Shown: positions 46,473-57,448, counted from the first letter of the stretch. The stretch: 64,000 nt of DNA from an uncultured Gammaproteobacteria bacterium (GCA_964403585.1 CAYOFQ010000001.1:1280826-1344825), one strand, 5' to 3'. Notes: generated from the letters alone by a model not told the origin. Program-made: numbers and translations.

Positions 46473-46933
46473 TTTATAACCGGCGCAAGAAATACATCTG
46501 AGCTTATAGTGACGGTTTCAATAGAAGTAGAAATAACCTCGCTCTCGCTAAAAACAGACTGCCCAAGTGCTCCATAATCGGCAATCTCTGTGGGAGATAA
46601 TTCGACTTCACCTCCTACACGCAAAGTATAAGTACTATTTGGCAAAGACTCAAATAACGCTACCCCATCATCATTTATCGCCGCGCTTACGGCATAGTTC
46701 TTGGTCGTGTCCATGAACTCTACTCGAAGGTTTTTCTGCCCTGGTGCTAATACCCCATATTTAAGGGGCAAATAAGGAAGTTTTTTTACTACCTTTACCT
46801 CAACTCGCGAGAACGGCCGCACGGTAGCTTCTTTATAAATATAGTTGGACACATTTTTGGAAAACATGAACAAATCCGGCATAAACCAGAGAAAACAAAA
46901 CATGAGAATATAGGGAATCAAACTTTTGATCAT
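46469..46933 (-). CDS. Membrane-anchored hypothetical protein (154 aa)
   Basis: N-terminal TM, beta-rich extracytoplasmic part; overlaps the CapA-like start by 4 nt (operon). Confidence 0.4.
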   Translation of the reverse strand: MIKSLIPYILMFCFLWFMPDLFMFSKNVSNYIYKEATVRPFSRVEVKVVKKLPYLPLKYGVLAPGQKNLRVEFMDTTKNYAVSAAINDDGVALFESLPNSTYTLRVGGEVELSPTEIADYGALGQSVFSESEVISTSIETVTISSDVFLAPVIK

Positions 46934-46955
46934 AGCAGTAGTTCCAGACTACACG

Positions 46956-48029
46956 CTAGACAGCTAATTCGTCAATAACAGTTTTAATACAAGAAATAAA
47001 TTGAGTACGGGAAAATTTTTCTGACTGTCTGCGACACACTTCCGCATTGAGCAATAATGACTCATAACGCTTCACTGCAGTAAGCAGACTTTCTGTTGAT
47101 AACGTATCAAAAAAAACACCGGTTACGCCATCAACAACAGTCTCAAGTACCCCGCCCTTTTTATATGCAATAACACCGTGTCCATACGACATACTCTCAA
47201 CCGGAGTAATTCCAAAATCCTCTTCGTTACAAATAACAAGTGCTTTACAGTGTTTATACAAGTTATTACGTTTATCATCATCGGCATCAGTAACAAAGTT
47301 TATGGTATCACCGGCTATCGAACGCAGAAATGCAAGTTCATCACCCTTGCCCACTACAACCAGCGGCAGCCGATACTCGGTAAAACAACGTACCGCTAAG
47401 TCAATATTCTTGTTGGGAACCAACCGGGAAACAAGTAAATAGTACTCCCCTGCAGGATAAATTTCTGAAACAGGTGGTAACTCAACCGGCGGATAAATTA
47501 CCTCAGCGCGTACTCCATAGTATTTTTGAATCCGATCGGCAACATAATGCGACAACGTGATATAACGATCCGGTAACTGGGCAGACAGAAAATCCTGTCT
47601 TCGCAAGTATGATTTCTGCATACCGGTCAATAAAATCTCTAATCCATTACGTTTTTTTCTACGAGGCAAAAAGTGATACAACATATCAGCAGGAGAATAC
47701 TGATAACACAGATGTTTTACTTCAACCGGGCAAAGAACCATTTTTGCAAAAAGTGAATCGGAAGAAATAACTAAATCGAATTCACTCAGATCGATTGCTG
47801 CCATTCTACTTACTAAATATGGTGCATACAGTTGCGGGTAATTCCTGATCCCGGGGAGACTACCGGCAAGCGAGGTAATATCATAACCACTCCAGTAATT
47901 TGGAAATACTGACGAATCATACCCTAAAGTAAAAACCTGGGCTTGGGGGAAAATTTCTAAAAAAACCTCCAGAACCCTTTCCGCACCACCGTATTGATAA
48001 AGAAAGTCATGTATTATTACTACTTTCAT
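46956..48029 (-). CDS. Glycosyltransferase family 4 (GT-B)
   Basis: MKVVIIHDFLYQYGGAERV N-terminus and C-terminal GT1/GT4 donor-binding region. Confidence 0.8.
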   Translation of the reverse strand: MKVVIIHDFLYQYGGAERVLEVFLEIFPQAQVFTLGYDSSVFPNYWSGYDITSLAGSLPGIRNYPQLYAPYLVSRMAAIDLSEFDLVISSDSLFAKMVLCPVEVKHLCYQYSPADMLYHFLPRRKKRNGLEILLTGMQKSYLRRQDFLSAQLPDRYITLSHYVADRIQKYYGVRAEVIYPPVELPPVSEIYPAGEYYLLVSRLVPNKNIDLAVRCFTEYRLPLVVVGKGDELAFLRSIAGDTINFVTDADDDKRNNLYKHCKALVICNEEDFGITPVESMSYGHGVIAYKKGGVLETVVDGVTGVFFDTLSTESLLTAVKRYESLLLNAEVCRRQSEKFSRTQFISCIKTVIDELAV

Positions 48030-48035
48030 AATTGT

Positions 48036-48845
48036 CTACATTTTCTGCTTGATGCAGGTAATATGTACCCCTGCACCCGGAAACCACCATAGTAAACTGG
48101 ACTCTATGTACCATACTAGGCTGACCAGTGATTTAATAACAGTCAGGACGAGCGATAAAACCCCCTGTTTGGAACCGATACTGCCTTCCAGCGAGTTCTC
48201 CAACCGTTTACCGGATAGTGTTAAATACCAATAATACAGGAGATCTCCAATCTGATTAATAGGATGGCAACTCCAATAGACTTCTTTTACTTGTAATCCG
48301 GCTAAGGTACTCATCGCAATAAGCTGTGCTCTGGTTAATTGCTGGATATGACCGGCAGTCTTCTCTTTTAAATTGATACCTTGTCGATTGAGAAACCCGT
48401 GCAAAGTCAGCGCTTCCCCTTCACACGGAACATACGCATGCAATACACCACCGGGCTGCAGTACCCGCGCGGCCTCTTTCAAACAAACTTCAGGGTCTTG
48501 TACATGTTCAAGTACGTCAAAAAAGCACACTATGGCGAAGGAATTATCAGGGAAAGGTAACTTCTCTGCCGGAGCAACTGAAAGATGGAGACGTGGGAAA
48601 CGGCGTTGTCCTTCACGAATTGCTGCTTCACCGATATCTACTCCGTATAGTTCTAAATAAGGACGATATTTTCGTAATGCCTGTAAATTTCCTCCCGCAC
48701 CGCAACCGACTTCCAAAACTTTACCGTATACTCCCTGTATGCTGGCTAGAAAATAGGAAAACCGCAATCCTGCCAGAGAAAAAGGAGACGCTGAAACTAC
48801 AGCCGTCCCCCATACTTTCGATTGATAATCAAATTCGGTCTTCAC
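48036..48845 (-). CDS. Class I SAM-dependent methyltransferase
   Basis: Motif I VLEVGCGAGGNL, motif post-I LYGVDI, LQPGGVL. Confidence 0.8.
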   Translation of the reverse strand: MKTEFDYQSKVWGTAVVSASPFSLAGLRFSYFLASIQGVYGKVLEVGCGAGGNLQALRKYRPYLELYGVDIGEAAIREGQRRFPRLHLSVAPAEKLPFPDNSFAIVCFFDVLEHVQDPEVCLKEAARVLQPGGVLHAYVPCEGEALTLHGFLNRQGINLKEKTAGHIQQLTRAQLIAMSTLAGLQVKEVYWSCHPINQIGDLLYYWYLTLSGKRLENSLEGSIGSKQGVLSLVLTVIKSLVSLVWYIESSLLWWFPGAGVHITCIKQKM

Positions 48846-49372
48846 AGATCTACAAAGCCTTCCATCAATTGCCGTAACTGATCAATATCATCATAGTAAT
48901 GATCGTTTCCCTCAATTTCCTGGAGTGAATACCGCTGTACATTTTTATCCATCAACAGATTTTTAAGATCCGGAGCTGAAATAGCCGGATCCTGCGATTT
49001 TTGAATAAATAAAGTTGGAACGGAGTAGTTAATGAGCCAATTATCTAAATCATAGCCACGCTCATATCCCCAGTTAACAGCACTTCCAACAAAAATACAT
49101 ACCTCCGGATCAAGTACCCCTTCATAGATTCCATACAACGCTAAAAGCACTCCCGCAGACTTTGCAAACACAACATACGTATCAAATTGTTCAACAGTTG
49201 CAGCTAGTTTGTCTAACTCAACTTCCAAATCAATTTCCCCTGCATCAGAACTCCACCAGTGATCATAATAATGAATTGCGGTTTGTTTAAACGAAGGAGA
49301 GAACACAGTATCAATACTGTCTATCCAGGCTTTATTCGACTTGTCATTTCCGGGCAATAAAATAAGATTCAT
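48842..49372 (-). CDS. Small alpha/beta-hydrolase-fold protein (putative serine hydrolase/esterase)
   Basis: 176 aa; VVFAKSAGVLLAL nucleophile-elbow-like motif, His/Asp candidates near C-terminus. Confidence 0.5.
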   Translation of the reverse strand: MNLILLPGNDKSNKAWIDSIDTVFSPSFKQTAIHYYDHWWSSDAGEIDLEVELDKLAATVEQFDTYVVFAKSAGVLLALYGIYEGVLDPEVCIFVGSAVNWGYERGYDLDNWLINYSVPTLFIQKSQDPAISAPDLKNLLMDKNVQRYSLQEIEGNDHYYDDIDQLRQLMEGFVDL

Positions 49373-49383
49373 ATCACTTCCTC

Positions 49384-49411
49384 TTGCCTCATTATATCAT
49401 CTTCCCTATAC
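49384..49411 (+). promoter_or_regulatory. Sigma70-like promoter TTGCCT-16-TATACT for the GT-C gene
   Basis: TTGCCT 49384-49389, TATACT 49406-49411, ATG at 49422. Confidence 0.5.
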
Positions 49412-49421
49412 TACAGACATT

Positions 49422-51077
49422 ATGGCAACGACTCCCGACGGCTACTATGAAGACGATGAAGTAAGACCGCCAACCACACCAGACTTACTTCAGACCACCG
49501 AAACTCACAAAAAGAAAATAAGTAAAAAAACAATAATTATTGCTGCGATTTTGTTCGTAATTGCCTTAACCGCCAGACTCTACTTTTTTACTATTGCGAC
49601 AGACGCCGACAATCCGGGAGCAGGCTGGTTTGGGGACTCGTATCATCACTGGCAGATCGGCTATTTAACCAAAGAAATTGGGCTGCACAACGGTTTCCTG
49701 AGGGTTTGGGACTTAAAAGGCATGGATCTGTTCTGGGGACTGCTCCACCCGCTCACACTGGCATTCTTGTTCACAATTACCGGTAACTCGTCAATGTGGA
49801 TGGTCCGCGCCATGACGAGTGTCGCCGGCGCCATAACCGTCGTACTGATCTACGCATTAGGGAGAAAATATTACAACGAAAAAGTAGGTATTGCGGCGGC
49901 CTTATTTACTGCTTTGTGTTCAGTCGTAATATTTAACGACGCGACCGGGATGGTCGAACCCCTCGGGATTCCTTTCCTGCTTGGTGGTATTTACTACTGG
50001 CCCAAAAAACCGTTTATTGCCGGAATCCTCCTGGGACTTGCCATGATGACACGCTCGGAATTCTGGGTGTTCAGCCTCGGACTGACTGCTGCTTTTATTA
50101 TTTTCGACCGTGCAATTCATACAGATAAAAAAGTACTACTGGTTTTTGGTTTACTATTAGTCCTCGGACCGTATATGAAATACTTACTGGACTACACCGG
50201 TAATCCCATCTATCCGCTCTACCAAAATGTAGACAAAAATATCCAGGGAGAGTGGCAATACAAACAAGCACTGGATTCCAAAGATCTGTTCGGGCAATTC
50301 GCGTTTAGAGTAATTACCGCTATAACCGTGTTTGGTATAGCAATAACCCTATGGAGAAAACCCAGAGGATGGCAATGGCATCTTATGGGCCTGGGGAACT
50401 GGTTGTTTTTAGGGTTAACCTTTGGATTTTCTGAATACATCAAATCCTGGGCCGACTATGTTTGGGTAGTTCGTTTCATGCTGTACCCATATACATTCTT
50501 ATGTATTCTCTTTGCGGCAATACTTTTTTATTACATCCCCTCTCGAGCACGTTTTCTAAACAACATTGTTGGTACTGCCCTCGCCAGTATCGTTCTTCTG
50601 GCCGCTATTGGAGCTACGCATCTCGTATGGCCGGAGATTTTTAAGTATTACAACCCAACTCAGGCCACCTGGGAAAATGTTAAACGAGTCTCTAAAGATT
50701 TGCTCACTGATTACAAAGGCGGCGGGATCTTAATGATTGAAGGGAATCCGGATATCACCTATGCATTTGTAAAATTATACGGTGTTGAAGGCAAAAACCT
50801 AGTGAGTCAGATGTATGACCCATACTACTATTTTGAACAAAATAACGTCGATCCGTATGCCAACTGGAATTCCGTAGACCCGCTTAATCCTGAAGGAATG
50901 ACCTACCGTGATCAAGTACTCTATTTCTTTAAGAAGAACAAAATTAAATTTATGGTTACCTATAGTGAACGGGATCGGTATACAAAACTGTTTGCACTGG
51001 AACCAAACCTGGCCCAAAAAGCAAGTGGAACATACGGTAATTTAGTAACTTATACAATCAATTCAGATTCACTATAA
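49422..51077 (+). CDS. GT-C-fold membrane glycosyltransferase (ArnT/PMT-like), putative
   Basis: About 12 TM helices with a first extracytoplasmic loop carrying DADNPGAGWFGDSYHHWQ and a C-terminal soluble domain; start at ATG 49422 (the track TTG rejected). Confidence 0.5.
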   Translation: MATTPDGYYEDDEVRPPTTPDLLQTTETHKKKISKKTIIIAAILFVIALTARLYFFTIATDADNPGAGWFGDSYHHWQIGYLTKEIGLHNGFLRVWDLKGMDLFWGLLHPLTLAFLFTITGNSSMWMVRAMTSVAGAITVVLIYALGRKYYNEKVGIAAALFTALCSVVIFNDATGMVEPLGIPFLLGGIYYWPKKPFIAGILLGLAMMTRSEFWVFSLGLTAAFIIFDRAIHTDKKVLLVFGLLLVLGPYMKYLLDYTGNPIYPLYQNVDKNIQGEWQYKQALDSKDLFGQFAFRVITAITVFGIAITLWRKPRGWQWHLMGLGNWLFLGLTFGFSEYIKSWADYVWVVRFMLYPYTFLCILFAAILFYYIPSRARFLNNIVGTALASIVLLAAIGATHLVWPEIFKYYNPTQATWENVKRVSKDLLTDYKGGGILMIEGNPDITYAFVKLYGVEGKNLVSQMYDPYYYFEQNNVDPYANWNSVDPLNPEGMTYRDQVLYFFKKNKIKFMVTYSERDRYTKLFALEPNLAQKASGTYGNLVTYTINSDSL

Positions 51078-51120
51078 TTCCATGTTGACTGAGCAGGGAT
51101 AAACCCCTACTCTGTACCCT

Positions 51121-51969
51121 ATGTCCGAATTTAGCGGCCACACCAAATGGCAAGCCGATCACTATAATAGTTCACCTCCCCTAAGTCCTTTTGAACCATT
51201 ACTACGAAAAATCGGCTATGCCAAAGTACTTCGGCCTAAGGATCTGGTTACTAAGCAATACTTGGAAAAATGTAACATCGATTCGTCCACCAAAATTTTA
51301 GATGTCGGTTGTGCCTCAGGAGTCTTACTTCAACGGATTCAGGTAACATTCCACGGACAGGGCACCGGAATTGATGTTTCGGAAGTACTAATCAGAAAAG
51401 CACAACAGGAAAATCCGGAAAACACCTACCTTCTTGCTGATGCAACAACCCTACCTTTTCCGGATAACTCATTTGATGTTGTCACAAGTTGCGATAATTT
51501 AGAACATATTCAGGAATACCGGCAAGTAATAAAAGAAATGGTCCGCATACTCAAACCGGGAGGAAAGCTTATTTTAAACTCGATCAATAAAAATAATAAA
51601 TACACCATCGACTGGCTGCTTGAAAAAATCGGTACTGATTATCATCTGAAGCGTGCCGGCCATGTAAAGGAACTTTTTTTTAATCCGGTGGAAATTGAGC
51701 AACTTTTCAACAAAGAGGGACTTACCAATACGAACACCCATCTTTTTGATGCCACTACATTAATTATATTTAATTCAGCATTATATATTTTTCTTATGGC
51801 AAGTGAATTTATTGCCAGAAATACAAACTACCCGCTTGTTGGCCACGCGGCTCTTTCAATTACTGATTTTCTGAGTAAAATATCACTTCCATTTCTGGAG
51901 AAAGTTGATACACTAGTAACACAGAGAGGTTACTCTAATGCTTTTTTCTTAACAGGAGAGAAGAAATAA
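51121..51969 (+). CDS. Class I SAM-dependent methyltransferase with C-terminal hydrophobic segment
   Basis: ILDVGCASGVLLQ motif I, LKPGGKLIL; TTGACT-17-TACTCT boxes at 51086-51114. Confidence 0.75.
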   Translation: MSEFSGHTKWQADHYNSSPPLSPFEPLLRKIGYAKVLRPKDLVTKQYLEKCNIDSSTKILDVGCASGVLLQRIQVTFHGQGTGIDVSEVLIRKAQQENPENTYLLADATTLPFPDNSFDVVTSCDNLEHIQEYRQVIKEMVRILKPGGKLILNSINKNNKYTIDWLLEKIGTDYHLKRAGHVKELFFNPVEIEQLFNKEGLTNTNTHLFDATTLIIFNSALYIFLMASEFIARNTNYPLVGHAALSITDFLSKISLPFLEKVDTLVTQRGYSNAFFLTGEKK

Positions 51970-52884
51970 ATGTCGATACTGCCCGCGTTAAAGCAATTAT
52001 ATAAGAACAAAGGATCACTCGGTGTTCTCGAATGGATCTACGACAAGAAGCGTTTCACCTTCATCAAGTGGTTTTTAAAGACCTGCTTCTATATATTTCC
52101 CTATGAGGAAATCCTGAAAACTACCGCTAAATATAACGAGAACATACCTGTTAAAGGTTTTACTAATAGCACTCGTGAATATTTACAGCAGCTTAATATA
52201 CTAACCGATCGGGACACGCCACTTTCGATTACCGGCGGAGCACTAATATTTGGCAATCATCCAACCGGACTTGATCCGTTTCTTATTACCTCATGTCTCA
52301 ATCGTGAAGATATTTACATCGTTGCAGATGTATACCAAAAAAATAAAGGCAATTATATTGGCCGACATATTGTGCCTATTATATATGCCCGCACCCAAAG
52401 AAATCTTAACAATCGGGGATTTCTAAACTCGATTGGATTCTATGTAATGAGACTTTTAACCGGCTATGAAGCACCTGAACAGGTTAAAATTCAAAACGAA
52501 CAAACAGTCAAACAAGCAGCGCAATTATTAATCGACGGGCATATCGTAATAATTTTTCCTGACGGTGGCAGCAATAATCCTGAATTATGGTACAACGGAA
52601 TTGGAGACATTCTAAAAAAGACTTCCGTAGAAGAAAAAGATATTAAACTCTTTGCTACCCAAATATCAGGTATTTCAACCTCAAGGTTAATTAGACACTT
52701 TCTGTGGAATAAAAAAATATTCCTTAAGAAGAATCCTATTCATATAACACTCTCCGAACCATTAACTATGGAAATGCTTAATATTAAAACAACTGATGGT
52801 AGTCATGAAATAACCGAACGACTGAGAATGGAATTCGTAACTAAATCACTTTGGGCACCTAACTATGTCTACAATCGATCCTAA
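51970..52884 (+). CDS. Lysophospholipid/glycerol-3-phosphate acyltransferase-family (PlsC-like) acyltransferase
   Basis: FGNHPTGLDP (HX4D acyltransferase motif) and downstream FPDGGSNNP (motif III-like). Confidence 0.6.
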   Translation: MSILPALKQLYKNKGSLGVLEWIYDKKRFTFIKWFLKTCFYIFPYEEILKTTAKYNENIPVKGFTNSTREYLQQLNILTDRDTPLSITGGALIFGNHPTGLDPFLITSCLNREDIYIVADVYQKNKGNYIGRHIVPIIYARTQRNLNNRGFLNSIGFYVMRLLTGYEAPEQVKIQNEQTVKQAAQLLIDGHIVIIFPDGGSNNPELWYNGIGDILKKTSVEEKDIKLFATQISGISTSRLIRHFLWNKKIFLKKNPIHITLSEPLTMEMLNIKTTDGSHEITERLRMEFVTKSLWAPNYVYNRS

Positions 52885-54151
52885 AAGCGTTCGCATAGCT
52901 TTTTTTCATCTCGCCTTTTTGTATTCGGGAGGAGGAGAAAAACTTGCCTTAAAAGAGGTTGAATTACTCCGGCAAAAAGGATATCTGGTCGATTGCTATA
53001 CTCCATTACTTGACGAAAAAGAGTGTTTCCCCGATCTAATCAATAAATATGAAGTAAAGGAAATAATAAAAGGATTTACCAAACTATGGAAAAACAAGCC
53101 TGAAATAGGCGTAATCGTAACCGTACTGCTATTCCCTTTCATTTCATACCGGTTCAAAAATTATGATTTGGTAATCGGGGCCAACCAGCCTGGCCCTGTT
53201 TTTGGCTACATACTCAAGAGACTGTATAAAATCCCGTATATTATCTATATCGCCCAACCGACAAGAATGATCTACACCAGAAAAGTTGACCGGGAACATG
53301 GATATAAACTAAAAAACCAGATTAAATGGCTCCCCCATTTCATAAATATATTACGACCACTCTTTTTTTGGGTTGACCTGAAGAGTATTGCCTGCGCCGA
53401 TACCTTCTTTTGTAATGGTAAGTATATGCAGGACATTCTGGGTAATGTTTATGGACGCACTCCAATCCTCTGCCCGGCAGGAGCGGAAACAAGCAACACG
53501 CAAGCTACGAAAGACCCTCTATTTACATTTAGAGGTGTACCAATTCCTAAACCGTTTATATTTCTGTCCAATCGGCACTTCGCCCATAAAAAATTTGAAT
53601 ATGCTCTTGAAGCGTTGGATCTTCTTAAAGTCAAAGTCCCGTTATTGATAGCTGGAAAACCAACAGATTATACCGACGATCTGAAAAAACTTGTACGGTA
53701 TTACAAATTAGAGGCATATGTGCATTTTTTGGGGTATGTAACCGAAACAGAGCTCGACGAGCTATATACCAATTGTCAGGTATATGTGTATACCGCTCCG
53801 GAAGAAGATTTTGGCATGGGGATTGTTGAAGCCATGGCCTATCAGAAACCGGTTGTTGCATGGAATCACGCCGGTCCATCGCGCATAATTAGTCATCAAC
53901 TGAACGGCTTCTTAGCCGAACCAAATCGAATTGATCAGTTTAAAGAATATATTGAATATGCTTTAGGAAACTCCAGGCAAATCCGGGACATTGGTTTGAA
54001 TGCTGCCAACACGGTAAAGTTAGAATACTCCTGGGAAAACCACATCAGCCAGTTTGAAACATATATTCAAAAGAATATTGCTGAATCTCAAGAACAACCG
54101 GCCTTACTCACCGACACTCTTTCCGTACTCGATATAAATAATAATCATTAA
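52865..54151 (+). CDS. Glycosyltransferase family 4
   Basis: EEDFGMGIVEAMAYQKPVVAWNHAGP (E-x7-E retaining GT-B signature). Confidence 0.8.
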   Translation: MSTIDPKSVRIAFFHLAFLYSGGGEKLALKEVELLRQKGYLVDCYTPLLDEKECFPDLINKYEVKEIIKGFTKLWKNKPEIGVIVTVLLFPFISYRFKNYDLVIGANQPGPVFGYILKRLYKIPYIIYIAQPTRMIYTRKVDREHGYKLKNQIKWLPHFINILRPLFFWVDLKSIACADTFFCNGKYMQDILGNVYGRTPILCPAGAETSNTQATKDPLFTFRGVPIPKPFIFLSNRHFAHKKFEYALEALDLLKVKVPLLIAGKPTDYTDDLKKLVRYYKLEAYVHFLGYVTETELDELYTNCQVYVYTAPEEDFGMGIVEAMAYQKPVVAWNHAGPSRIISHQLNGFLAEPNRIDQFKEYIEYALGNSRQIRDIGLNAANTVKLEYSWENHISQFETYIQKNIAESQEQPALLTDTLSVLDINNNH

Positions 54152-55700
54152 AGTCCGCTACATTATGTATAAACATTTTTTCCAAAGACACCGGACACTT
54201 CGATTGAATTGGAAATGCCAGGGGGTAATTCAAGACCAGAAGGCCCTCCTGCTTTTTTTGCCCTACATATACATCAGTCCTGCGTAACAACTCATCCTGA
54301 GTAAGATTCTTAGTTCTGTTATTATCTGCAATAATAAAAGTTCCACTACGCCCGGTTCTTGGAAAATAAAATTTTTCACCCGTATAGCCGCTTATTGGAG
54401 TCATTGCATCATCTATATCCCCAATTAATAATAAATTTTTGGCATTCAGAGTCTGTATATATTCGGATACAGCCTTACCTCCTGCGAAGGAATATTTCCA
54501 GTCCATAACACCGGCAAAGATTCCGGCCAGAACATGGGTAAATAACAACAGCGAAATAAACAAGGATTTATACTGCTCTGCCCAGAAATTTGCTCGAGCG
54601 AGCAGTTTGGATTTAATCTGAGCAGCCGGATAATAATAAAACAGCCATAGACAAACAATAAACATGACAAAATAGAAGCCATAATGGCGAACATATCCCC
54701 AATAGACGACATAAAATAAGAAATAAAACATCACCGAGCAGGCAGCATAAATATACAAAATAAACCTACGGGAATAAAAGAGAATGAAAATATACGCAAT
54801 CATTAGCACGGAAATAATCCCTGCCACCACCAATAACAACATTGATCCTAAATTCGTTGCAAACAATTCTCCAATACCATTCGTTACATAACTGGTCTCT
54901 TTCTGAAAATTAGGAATAAAGAAATTATAGTTCCAGTAATGTACCGACCATTGCGGTAGAGGAATCATTCCACGCCAAAAAGATAAAAATACAATCGCAA
55001 TCCTTTTAATATCAAAATGCATAAACCAGTCCAACCGGTACCCATAGTTTTGCGGTGGAATTAATTTCAAATATGCAGTATAGAGTCCCACCACATAAAT
55101 CGAACCACTACCAACGAGATAATTCACCGGAATTTTCACTCGCTTTACAAGTATTTCCCATCCTAAGACCGATCCCAGAACCACCGCAACTATAAATCCC
55201 ATTAAGGATGTATGCGCCAACAGCATGAGTAGCATGGCTAAAAGTATTAACCGCTTCTCACGTCCACCGTAAACTGAACAATAAATAAAAAGTAGCAGAA
55301 CACCTATTCCATAATTACGCGCCAGTACGGAGTATTCAAAAACGGGAAAATAACCAAAAATGAAGAGAATTTTTTGTAACCGCGAAAAAGGAGCATTTCT
55401 GATAAAGACCAATATCAGAGCTATCGCAATACCAAAATGTACAACCTGCATCGCTACAGGTGAATGAAAAAAACGACTTATTAAATATAAAACTACATAC
55501 CATAAAATTGGATGTCCCTCATACTTCAAATTGGAATAGAGCTCGGATAACGAATGGCTGTCACGGGCAAATACCCATGCATGCATTTCTTCTTCCCAAA
55601 TCTCATGGAAATAAATTGTGATACCAACAAATATAACGTAAGCAGTTAATGCGATGATAAATAACCAGTTAGCACGAATGAACGAGTAAATCTTCGTCAT
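54108..55700 (-). CDS. Large polytopic membrane protein, possible GT-C glycosyltransferase
   Basis: More than 12 TM helices; the track start (55772) overlaps the divergent carbamoyltransferase start, so the ATG at 55700 (MTKIYSF) is preferred. Confidence 0.45.
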   Translation of the reverse strand: MTKIYSFIRANWLFIIALTAYVIFVGITIYFHEIWEEEMHAWVFARDSHSLSELYSNLKYEGHPILWYVVLYLISRFFHSPVAMQVVHFGIAIALILVFIRNAPFSRLQKILFIFGYFPVFEYSVLARNYGIGVLLLFIYCSVYGGREKRLILLAMLLMLLAHTSLMGFIVAVVLGSVLGWEILVKRVKIPVNYLVGSGSIYVVGLYTAYLKLIPPQNYGYRLDWFMHFDIKRIAIVFLSFWRGMIPLPQWSVHYWNYNFFIPNFQKETSYVTNGIGELFATNLGSMLLLVVAGIISVLMIAYIFILFYSRRFILYIYAACSVMFYFLFYVVYWGYVRHYGFYFVMFIVCLWLFYYYPAAQIKSKLLARANFWAEQYKSLFISLLLFTHVLAGIFAGVMDWKYSFAGGKAVSEYIQTLNAKNLLLIGDIDDAMTPISGYTGEKFYFPRTGRSGTFIIADNNRTKNLTQDELLRRTDVYVGQKKQEGLLVLNYPLAFPIQSKCPVSLEKMFIHNVADFNDYYLYRVRKECR

Positions 55701-55762
55701 AAAAGTTAGGTTATTATAGCAAAGGCTTGACTGCATAATAAGAACGCTATACCCTGCTTCAT

Positions 55763-57448
55763 ATGACCACACTCGGCTTGAACCCCTTCGGCCACGACTC
55801 CAGTGCCGCGATTATTAAAGACGGCGTTATACTAGCAGCATCCGCAGAAGAACGATTCAATAGAATAAAACACAGCTCCCGGATCCCCAAAGAAGCAATT
55901 GATTTTTGTCTCAAACAGGCAGGATTAGATAATATTAACGATGTGGAGGAAATTGCGCTTGGGTTTAACTTTTGGCATTGGAAGCTGATTTTTACTGTGC
56001 TATCGCCAGGAATATCGGCGTGGATCCCGCAACGAATTAAGCAACAAATAAACCAAAGTTCATCCCATCTGGTAAATATCCTAAAAATATACTTTCTGTT
56101 GAGAGAAGAACTTGGGTATAAAGGAAGAATCACGTTTAGAGAACACCACGACTGCCACGCCGCTGCATGCTACTTTGCATCACAATTTAACTCTGCTGCC
56201 ATAATTACCCTGGATGGTCGTGGAGAAAAAGCCTCTACCAGAATTTATCACGCTCAAGGCACAAAAATAACCAAAAAATTCGAATTTTTGTATCCCAACT
56301 CCCTTGGTGGATTCTATTCAGGAATTACTGAGTATTTAGGGTTTATGAGAAATTGTGATGAAGGAAAAGTTATGGGCCTCGCCTCTTATGGAGATGACTC
56401 TTTTACCGGCAAGATGCGCCAAGTCCTAAACACCAAATCACTTTACAAAGTTGACAGTTCGTATTTTAAATCGCCGCACATCCTTGAATTAGGAATGGCA
56501 AAGAAATTTGAGAGAATTTTTGGCAAGAAGCGAAATAAAAAAGAGGAAATTACTGAGCACCACCAGAACATCGCCAAAGCTGCTCAAACCCTTACCGAGG
56601 AGGCAATTCTCAATTTAGTCAAAAAAGCAAAACAACTGACCGGTGAAAGTAACCTTTGCCTTGGCGGAGGTGTTGCACTTAATAGCGTCACCAATGGCAA
56701 AATAGCCGAATCAAAAATTTTTGATGCTCACTATATATACCCGGCAGCCGGAGATGACGGAATAAGTGTCGGTGCGGCCTTTCTCGCCTATTATCAACAG
56801 CAGACTGCTAAGATAAACGACTATCATAACAGGACTCCCTATCTAGGATACTCGGCTTCAGACCCGGAAATACAAAAGGCCTTGGAAAAAGCTGCACTGC
56901 TGTACACCAAACCAAATAACCTGTATGAAGCTACAGCTAAACTTCTGAGTGACGGTAAATTTATCGGATGGTATCAGGGAGCAGCCGAGTTCGGACCAAG
57001 AGCACTCGGCAATCGTACCATTCTGGCCGATCCAAGGAAGGCCGAACATAAAGATTTATTGAATGCCAAAGTTAAGTTTAGAGAACCCTTCCGTCCATTT
57101 GCCCCGTCGGTACTGCAGGAATATGCTCAGGAATACTTCACCGACTGTATTGACTCTCCATATATGATCATTACCTATATGGTGAAAGAAAATAAGATAG
57201 CCGACATTCCCGCAGTAACCCATGTCGACCAAACGGCACGTGTTCAAACAGTTACGCAACAACAAAATGAACGGTATTATAAACTGATTCAGGCATTCTA
57301 CAAACTAACCGGAGTTCCGGTTGTATTAAACACCTCATTTAATGTAATGAATGAACCTATCGTTAATACACCGGAAGACGCCATCCGCTGTTTCAAAGGC
57401 TCCGGACTCGATGCACTCGTAATAGGTAACTATTTAATTGTAAAATAG
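55763..57448 (+). CDS. Carbamoyltransferase (NodU/CmcH family)
   Basis: N-terminal LGLNPFGHDSSAAIIKDGVILAASAEERFNRIKH (Carbam_trans_N) and C-terminal carbamoyltransferase domain; 561 aa. Confidence 0.8.
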   Translation: MTTLGLNPFGHDSSAAIIKDGVILAASAEERFNRIKHSSRIPKEAIDFCLKQAGLDNINDVEEIALGFNFWHWKLIFTVLSPGISAWIPQRIKQQINQSSSHLVNILKIYFLLREELGYKGRITFREHHDCHAAACYFASQFNSAAIITLDGRGEKASTRIYHAQGTKITKKFEFLYPNSLGGFYSGITEYLGFMRNCDEGKVMGLASYGDDSFTGKMRQVLNTKSLYKVDSSYFKSPHILELGMAKKFERIFGKKRNKKEEITEHHQNIAKAAQTLTEEAILNLVKKAKQLTGESNLCLGGGVALNSVTNGKIAESKIFDAHYIYPAAGDDGISVGAAFLAYYQQQTAKINDYHNRTPYLGYSASDPEIQKALEKAALLYTKPNNLYEATAKLLSDGKFIGWYQGAAEFGPRALGNRTILADPRKAEHKDLLNAKVKFREPFRPFAPSVLQEYAQEYFTDCIDSPYMIITYMVKENKIADIPAVTHVDQTARVQTVTQQQNERYYKLIQAFYKLTGVPVVLNTSFNVMNEPIVNTPEDAIRCFKGSGLDALVIGNYLIVK

